Source: Candidatus Woesearchaeota archaeon (GTDB taxonomy: Archaea; Nanobdellota; Nanobdellia; Woesearchaeales; SKGA01). From it: 35,651 nucleotides of DNA. Positions within the stretch are counted from its first letter, which is position 1. Each line of letters starts with the position of its first letter. The stretch lies in the NCBI GenBank assembly GCA_016926395.1, contig JAFGOT010000027.1:1-35651 (forward strand). The letters are read 5' to 3'. The position numbers were made by a program, and so were the translations under genes. This document shows, piece after piece, positions 1 through 7,000 of this stretch. The notes under the pieces are model-generated. The model worked only from the letters and a program-made list of their open reading frames with translations, did no database searches and was not told the DNA's origin.

Positions 1-1263
1 ACTATTGCTGATATTACTTATTTTCATTTTGATGATATAATCTCAAACATTCAAACAAAATCAAATTCTAATATTTTAACTAATCGTAAAACAAGAGGAA
101 AATTAAATGCGGCAATTTCTTGTAGTGCAAATTCTTTAAGATCTCTGCTTCAAAATTTTTCATTTGATCATCGTATGATGCCTGGTATTTATGCAGGTCT
201 TCCTTGGTTTTTTCAAATATGGAGTCGTGATGAATTAATTTCTCTTGGTGGCCTGATTTCTTTAGCAAAAGAGCAACATGATCATGAATTATTCTCAAAA
301 ATAAAATCTATTCTTGAGCGTCATATAAAAAGTGTTCTTCCAAATGGTGACTTGGATAATCGTTTTCCACGAAGTGAACTTGGTAGTGTTGATGCTTTGG
401 GTTGGCTTGGGAAAAGGATTCAAGATTTTTTGATTGCGTTAAAAGACGAAAAACTTCTTTATACTTTATTCTCTCCTGTTGAACTTGTTGGTTGGTCGCA
501 GATGCTAAAAGAAGCTCTAGAAAAATCAAAAAAACACAGACTTGTTGATGGTCTTTTCAAAAACGATTTTAATGAAACATGGATGGATACATCATATCAT
601 GATGATGGTAGGGTTGGTTTTAGAATTGAAATTCAAGCTCTTTATTATTCTCTTTATGATTCAATAATTTTTATCGAAAAACTTGTTAAGTCTCCTTACA
701 CAAATGATTTTGTTAATGAGCAAAAACAATTTGTAAAGTTAATAAGAGAAAATTTCATTGATACAAATTTTGGCGGATATTTAATTGATGGGAAAAATTT
801 TCAAGGTCACACTGATAGGTCTTATCGTCCAAATATTTTTTTAGCAGCATACTTGGCGCCAGATATATTGTCAAGAAAAGAATGGTTAACTGTTTTTGAT
901 GCTTATCTAAAAAAATTATATCTGCCATGGGGAGGTCTTAGCACGATAGGTCATGATAGTTCATTATATCAACCAACTTATACCGGTCAAGACAATAAAA
1001 GTTATCATCGAGGTGATTCTTGGTATTTCATAAATAATATTGCTGCAATTGTTCTTGATAAGTTTGGAAGAAAAAATTATGAAACTCAAGTTCGATCAAT
1101 TGAACATGCTAGTGCTAAAGAGTGTGTTGATTTAGGTTTCTTAGGTCATTTTAGTGAAGTTAGTTCTAGTAGTTTTCAAGAAGCACAGGGTAGTTTATCT
1201 CAAGCTTGGAGTGCAAGTACTTTCTTAGAATTAACTCTTTATCGTTACAGTGAAAACGACTAG
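1..1263 (+). CDS. Amylo-alpha-1,6-glucosidase / glycogen debranching enzyme family (GDE_C-like), 5'-truncated by window edge
   Basis: Frame is open from base 1 to TAG at 1261-1263 (ORF track starts at Met 175). Motifs GIYAGLPWFFQIWSRDE, SVDALGW, YRPN, SYHRGDSWYF and QAWSAS are typical of GDE_C (alpha/alpha)6 glucosidases. Confidence 0.85.
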   Translation, partial: TIADITYFHFDDIISNIQTKSNSNILTNRKTRGKLNAAISCSANSLRSLLQNFSFDHRMMPGIYAGLPWFFQIWSRDELISLGGLISLAKEQHDHELFSKIKSILERHIKSVLPNGDLDNRFPRSELGSVDALGWLGKRIQDFLIALKDEKLLYTLFSPVELVGWSQMLKEALEKSKKHRLVDGLFKNDFNETWMDTSYHDDGRVGFRIEIQALYYSLYDSIIFIEKLVKSPYTNDFVNEQKQFVKLIRENFIDTNFGGYLIDGKNFQGHTDRSYRPNIFLAAYLAPDILSRKEWLTVFDAYLKKLYLPWGGLSTIGHDSSLYQPTYTGQDNKSYHRGDSWYFINNIAAIVLDKFGRKNYETQVRSIEHASAKECVDLGFLGHFSEVSSSSFQEAQGSLSQAWSASTFLELTLYRYSEND

Positions 1264-1362
1264 TTTTCACTGTTCAACATGTTAGTGTTGTCACAATGAA
1301 AACGACTAGTTTTCGCTGCTCAAAAATGTTTATTTTTGTTGTGGTGAAAATGATTAGTTTAT
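1251..1362 (+). repeat. Degenerate triple tandem repeat (46-48 bp period) starting with the last codons and stop of the debranching-enzyme gene
   Basis: Units start at 1251 (tgaaaacgactagttttcactgttc), 1297 (tgaaaacgactagttttcgctgctc) and 1345 (tgaaaatgattagtttt). Each of the first two contains the inverted repeat GAAAAC-n5-GTTTTC. Confidence 0.8.
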
Positions 1363-1449
1363 TTTATCTATTATTTTTTCAGAAAAAAGAATTTGAAATA
1401 AAAAGTTCTGTTCCCTGATTTTTCAGGTCACAGTTACCTACTTAAAGGT

Positions 1450-1611
1450 TTATTTTTTTCTTACGACTCTTAATGCTTTACTTTTACATTTTCGACATTG
1501 TACTTTTCCAGCCAGAACTTTCATTTGTTGAGCTCTAAACTTTGTTTTACAATCTTTACATACGAAAATGTTTTTGTATAATCGTGCGTCTGCTTCTGCA
1601 AATTTTGCCAT
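1450..1611 (-). CDS. rpl40e: 50S ribosomal protein eL40 (L40e), 53 aa, absent from ORF track
   Basis: Manual translation MAKFAEADARLYKNIFVCKDCKTKFRAQQMKVLAGKVQCRKCKSKALRVVRKK* has a CxxC...CxxC zinc ribbon. SD-like AAGGAG lies upstream. It is directly downstream of aIF5A. Confidence 0.85.
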   Translation of the reverse strand: MAKFAEADARLYKNIFVCKDCKTKFRAQQMKVLAGKVQCRKCKSKALRVVRKK

Positions 1612-1640
1612 TTTTTATCTCCTTAGTAAATATGATTTAT

Positions 1641-2042
1641 TTAGTCGTTTTTAATTGACTTCATTACTTTGTCCGCAAGGATTTCCCAGTAAACAACAGT
1701 AACTCCTTCAACTACTTGACCTTGTAATTCTTCTGGAATTAACATGTCGAATGTTTCAAAACTTTCTGAATCCATTACGTTTGCATGTGTTCCTTCTACT
1801 GATAATACTTGAGCGTTTTTCTTACCAATAACTGGAACTTCAACATTATCGTGACCTGGCATGACTAGATTTCTTTTTCTGCCATCAAGCATTCCTGCTG
1901 CCATTAGATTTACTTTTGCGTGTCCGTGTTTTCCTGGTCTTGATACACTAACGTCAGTTACCTGACAAGCAACACCTTCAATAATGATGTAACTGCCTTT
2001 TTTCATGTGACCAATACTTTCGAATTTTATTTCTCCAGCCAT
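1641..2042 (-). CDS. eif5a: Translation factor aIF5A (eIF-5A)
   Basis: Hypusination loop SRPGKHGHAK. Length of 133 aa is typical. SD-like GAGGT lies upstream. Confidence 0.97.
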   Translation of the reverse strand: MAGEIKFESIGHMKKGSYIIIEGVACQVTDVSVSRPGKHGHAKVNLMAAGMLDGRKRNLVMPGHDNVEVPVIGKKNAQVLSVEGTHANVMDSESFETFDMLIPEELQGQVVEGVTVVYWEILADKVMKSIKND

Positions 2043-2206
2043 ATTAAATACCTCGTTAGAGGCTCCACAAATTTTTGACTTTTGCTGCCTCGATAATTGT
2101 TATTTTGAATAATGATTTTATTCAATTACAAGAACTTTTTATTCTTGTTTAAGAACACTCGTGCCTCTTGCCTAAGTTTCTATAAACTCTAAGAATTAGA
2201 ATGGCC

Positions 2207-2259
2207 TTTATAAATCTTACTCAGTGTTTAAGCCTTTATAGAGCCTATTGATTTATAAA
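2207..2259. promoter_or_regulatory. Divergent promoter region with two palindromic TATA boxes (TTTATAAA at 2207-2214 and 2252-2259)
   Basis: The second box ends 24 nt before the nop5 ATG (2284), consistent with a leaderless transcript. The first could drive aIF5A on the minus strand. Confidence 0.6.
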
Positions 2260-2283
2260 TAAAGACTGTTTTGTCCTATTATT

Positions 2284-3033
2284 ATGTCCAATAATGATTT
2301 TCAAAGCATCCGAACCGAATTAATCAAGAAAACCAAGTCTCAACTAGCTGATTCTGTAACTGAAGATATAATTATTATGCAGACTCTTGCTACTATTGAT
2401 GATTTATCATTATCTTTGAATAATGTGGCTACTCGTCTTCGAGAATGGGCTGCTTACACTGTTCCTGAATTGGAGCATTCTGTTTCTAATCATGAATCTT
2501 TTGCTAGGTTTTTAGTAACTAAATCTTATGATGAGATTCTTTCTGAGTTTGTTAAAGGACAAACCATGGGTGCTAGGTTATCTTCTGAAGATTATTCTGC
2601 TCTTGTTTCTTTTGCGACCAAAGTTCTTGAAATGTATGAGCTTAGAACTTCATTAACTGATTATCTTGAGTCTTCTTTACAAAAGTACACTCCTAATACT
2701 CTAGCTATCTGCGGTCCTACGATTGCTGCTAGGCTTTTATCAAGTGCAGGATCTTTAAGACGACTCGCTACTATTCCTGCTTCAACTATTCAACTTTACG
2801 GTGCTGAAAAGGCATTATTTAGACACCTAAGAAGCGGAGCTAAAAGTCCAAAATATGGTCACATTTTTAGTCACCCTCTTTTGCAAAATGCGGCTCGTAG
2901 TGAAGCTGGAAAGGTTGCGCGTGCCCTAGCTGACAAAATTGCAATGTGCGCTAAACTTGATTATTTTAAAGGGGATTTCCTAGGTGATAAATACTTGATT
3001 GCTCTTGAAGTCAAATTTGGGGGTAAAAAATGA
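2284..3033 (+). CDS. nop5: Nop5/Nop56-58 box C/D RNP protein (short form)
   Basis: Nop domain motifs PASTIQLYGAEKALFRHL, PKYGHIF and GKVARALADK. Stop overlaps the fibrillarin start. Confidence 0.95.
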   Translation: MSNNDFQSIRTELIKKTKSQLADSVTEDIIIMQTLATIDDLSLSLNNVATRLREWAAYTVPELEHSVSNHESFARFLVTKSYDEILSEFVKGQTMGARLSSEDYSALVSFATKVLEMYELRTSLTDYLESSLQKYTPNTLAICGPTIAARLLSSAGSLRRLATIPASTIQLYGAEKALFRHLRSGAKSPKYGHIFSHPLLQNAARSEAGKVARALADKIAMCAKLDYFKGDFLGDKYLIALEVKFGGKK

Positions 3034-3812
3034 AGCCAAGAAATAATTTTTCAAAGAAGCCTCAAAAGTCTTTTCAAAAAGACAAATCTAAATTTGATTC
3101 AAAACCGCAACGTTCTGAAAAGCAAAGTTCTCACGGGATGATGCCTCTTGGAAAATTTCCTAATGTTTTTTCCGAACGAAAGGGTCGTTTCACTAATTAT
3201 TTTACTAAAACTGAAGATGGTAGATCTTTTTTTGATGAAAAAATTGTGAAAATTGATGGTCAAAAGTATAGAAATGTTAATCCTGAACGAAGTAAGTTAT
3301 TTGCAGGTATTGCATCTGGTATTTCTCAGATTGGTTTCAAAGATGATAGTGTTGTTTTATATCTTGGCGCTAGTCATGGTTATACTGTTAGTTTTTTATC
3401 TGATATGATAATTAATGGCCAAATTTATGCAATGGATTTTGCTCCTCGAGTGGTTAGGGATTTAATTTTCTTATGCGAAGCAAAAACTAATATTGCTCCT
3501 TTTATGGCAGATGCTAACCAGACAGCAGCGTATAGTGAATTGCTTCCTGCTTCTGGTGTTGACGTTATTTTTATGGATATTGCTCAGAAAAATCAAGTTG
3601 AGATTTTTACTAAAAATTGTGATGCTTTCTTAAAGTCTGGCGGTTTTGGTCTTTTAGCACTTAAATCTAGAAGTGTTGATGTTACAAAAAAACCAAAAGA
3701 TATTTTCAAAATTGTTAGATCAGAACTTGAAAAAAAGTATGTTGTTGTCGATTATCGAGAACTTGATCCTTTTGAAGAAGATCATGCTTTGTTTGTAATT
3801 AAGAAAAAGTAA
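3030..3812 (+). CDS. flpA: Fibrillarin-like rRNA/tRNA 2'-O-methyltransferase
   Basis: Motifs RSKLFAGI, VLYLGASHGYTVSFLSD, DIAQKNQ and LKSRSVDVT. Coupled to nop5. Confidence 0.96.
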   Translation: MKPRNNFSKKPQKSFQKDKSKFDSKPQRSEKQSSHGMMPLGKFPNVFSERKGRFTNYFTKTEDGRSFFDEKIVKIDGQKYRNVNPERSKLFAGIASGISQIGFKDDSVVLYLGASHGYTVSFLSDMIINGQIYAMDFAPRVVRDLIFLCEAKTNIAPFMADANQTAAYSELLPASGVDVIFMDIAQKNQVEIFTKNCDAFLKSGGFGLLALKSRSVDVTKKPKDIFKIVRSELEKKYVVVDYRELDPFEEDHALFVIKKK

Positions 3813-3910
3813 TTTATTTGGTATTGCGTTAAACGCAATCCCTGGCGCTCGCCTATTGCAAGAATGGCGAAGATGATGATGCTTTGTTTGTAATTAAGAA
3901 GAAATAATTT
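3774..3910 (+). repeat. Direct repeat of fibrillarin 3' end (3774-3812 vs 3869-3907) separated by two hairpins
   Basis: 35/39 nt identical, EEDHALFVIKKK* vs EDDDALFVIKKK*. Hairpins are at 3823-3839 (attgcgt-taa-acgcaat) and 3849-3870. Confidence 0.9.
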
Positions 3911-4029
3911 CTTGTTTTTTTCTTATTATTTGTTTATCCTTTCTTTTTAGAAAGCTTTTTAAATGATTTTCACTGAATTTCTTACTATTAGTGTTATTAC
4001 TATAATAATTATAATTCCCTAAGGTGTGA

Positions 4030-7000
4030 TTGGTGAGGTTCATGAATAATAAGATTCTAATTTTTGCATTGTTGACAGTTCTATTTATTGGCTTAAGCTC
4101 AAGTTTTGTATCTGCAGCCGCGGCTGCTGATTGTTCGACCAGTCAAGCTTCGGATGAAAGCTTAAGCACTTCTAATGCTGCGAGTACAGGTCTTAAATTT
4201 GGATTTTATGGTGGTGTTTCCAATTTTTGGGGGACTGCTCGTCCGAGTTATTATTTAGATAGAATAAAGGACGCAACTGTTACATCTTCTGATATTTCTC
4301 AAGTTTTTAATTATTATCCTTCTACTCTTTATGGTTATGCATACAATACTTTGACTGGTGGTGTTCATTATGATTATGATTGTGAAATGGGTTATAGGGC
4401 AGGAACTTATATCTATGGTTATCCTGGAAAATTGACTGTTAAATTATGGTCTGATGGAACTGAAGGCGGCCGTTTACAAAGTACTTTTGATAAGCCTCAA
4501 GCTTTTGTAGGTGTCCAAGTTTATGAATTATATGATGGCGCGGGTTATGATCCTATATGGGGTTTAATGGGTTCAGTATCTTCTAACAATCCTGTTTCTG
4601 TAGGTCAGTTGTTGGCAAACCCTATTAGTAGTAGTCCTTTACACCTTTCAGGTGTTGGCGATCAAGGTTCTGTTTATGAGTATTTATCTTTGCCTCCTGG
4701 AGTTTATTATATTGCAGTAGCTGGTGGTCATAATAATCGTAATGAAGATTGGAATGATGACTATGAAACAGAGATATCCTTGTCTGGTACTTATAAGTCC
4801 TTTTCTCATTTACTTGAAGATGAGACTGACATAAAAAATAATCTTCCTTTAACTTATTTTAAATCATATCCTTCACTTTGTGAATTAGCTGGTGGTGCTC
4901 ACATAAAGAATACCGGTGTTTCAACATCTGATATAGTTAGTGGTGAAATTTATTGTTGTGGTGCTAGGAATGATGATGTTGGTAAATTTAATTATCAGTA
5001 TCGTTGTGATTATGTTGATGGAGAATATGTTTGGACTAATCTTTGTGAGTTGGATTATGACTCTCTTACTGGTGATAGTAAAACAAGAGCAAGTTCTTGT
5101 TTGGTCTGTGAAGCTGATTCTATAGATGGCGAGAATTATGCTGGTTATTGTATTGGTGAGGGTTTTGATGTTTACTGTGATAATTCTCAAACCAAATCTT
5201 GTTCTAATTTTGATGATGATCGTTCAAAGTGTTTGTTAGCTGGTTGTGGAACTTTCGTTCCTGGTACTCAATGTGAGTGTAGTGGTGTAGATTGTTCTTC
5301 AGGTGAAGTTTTTGTTGAACCAATTGGTAGTGCACCTGGTTCTGCTGGTTGTTACACTGCTTCCGAAATGCAGGCTACTTTTGGTGTTTCCGATTATTGT
5401 GATTCCGTTTGTGCTCATACGGACGGTACTGATTATCCTTCGGTGGTTATTGATTATACTGATGGTGATTGTGGCGGTACTAGTTCTTATACTTGTAATT
5501 TTGCGAATGACAATACTTGTCTTGCATTAGATTGTCGTCTAAGAGATGACGCGGCTAATTATTATTATTCTATTCCTTCTGGTTGTTATGAAAATACCTA
5601 TATACGAAATAACAAGCCAGAATGTTTTGCAGTTGGTTGTGGTTGGAAGTGTAGAACTTCTGATGGAAATTGTGATACTTCTATTGATTGTACTATTGGT
5701 AATCACTGCTCTGACGATCACGATCCTGATGAATTAGATTCAAGAACTTGTCATTCTGATGCTACAAAATGTATTGTGGGTTATTATGATGGTTACATTA
5801 ACGGAGGTTCGGCTTTTAGTTCAAATGATCATGTTGAAGTTGGTGTCGGCACCTATGTTTGTGCTGAAGACGAAACGGGTGTTGGAGTTTACAAACAGTG
5901 TGGTATTTATTTAGAACCTTATTCTTATGGTTCATGTACTTCTACTTCTGCTGAATTTACTTGTACTGGCACTCCTGATCCTCAGGTTTGTAAATCTAGT
6001 ACTCTTTATTGCTCTAATGAATGGATTGATGGTCCTAGAACTGCATCTTCTTGTACTAGTATTAATGGTAATTGTCATTACTCTGAGGGTCAGTGTTACG
6101 ATTCTGATGGTGGTTCTGGTGGTGGTGCTTACGCAGGTATTTTCAATGATGTATCTATTCCTTTAGTTTCAGGTTTTACTTTTGAGACTTGTCCGGAGGC
6201 TGGCACTCAATCTGTTTGTGAAGCTATGGGCTGTTCTTGGTCGCCTGCTACTTGTACTGGCACATATACTAAATCATGTAGTGGAACTCCTCCTTGTGCT
6301 TCTTGGTGTTATGCTGATCCTTCATTTACTTCTTGTACTGGTCTATCTTATGCTCAATGTACTACTGGTTGTACCCGTTCTTGTAAAGTAACTGGTTTTG
6401 GCTCTGCTGTTAATAAATATACTAATTCTAATTTAGCTCTTAGAGAATCTGCTTGTGACTGTGCAGGTGATGTTTGGGAAACTTGTTATATTGATTCTGA
6501 CGAAGATGGATTTCCTTCATCATCTCAAACTAATTTATGTGTTGGTTCTGATTATGTTGAAGGCGAGGCATTTGCTCCTTCTGCTGATCCTGATAATCTT
6601 TACTTTTGTGGATCATATACTGGTGTTTGGGATTGTGATGATAATGATGATTCAGTCTATCCTCTTCCTTATTATTTAGATAACGATGGTGATGGTTCTG
6701 GAGATTCTTCAATGGAAGATTTACTTTGTTCTCCTCCTTCTGGTTGGGTGGATGTTGGCGGGGATTGTGATGATGATGATCCTTGTTTGGTTCCTTGGAA
6801 TATTTGGTACTATGACGGTGATGATGATGGTTTTTACAATTCAACTGTAGATTCTACTGATAGCTGTACTCCCTTAACTAATTATGTAACTAATAGAGCA
6901 GAATGTTCAAGTGAGGATTTCTATGTTTCTTCACTTTTACCAGATTGTGATGATTCAATATCTAGTTGTACTTCTAATTGTAATACTGGTTATAGGGATG

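Noticed and set aside
1251-1362. Possible mini CRISPR array
   Set aside because: The 'spacers' resemble each other, the conserved part is under 20 bp and overlaps a coding end, and there are no cas genes. It is a decayed tandem repeat.
1296-1397. 33-aa hydrophobic ORF MKTTSFRCSKMFIFVVVK...
   Set aside because: It lies inside the repeat, has no SD or promoter, and its hydrophobicity follows from T-richness.
3872-3976. Box C/D sRNA next to nop5-fibrillarin (GATGATGA ... CTGA)
   Set aside because: The C-box-like string is part of the fibrillarin tail echo, the ~100-nt span is too long for typical archaeal guides, and there is no clear D'/C' pair or terminal stem.
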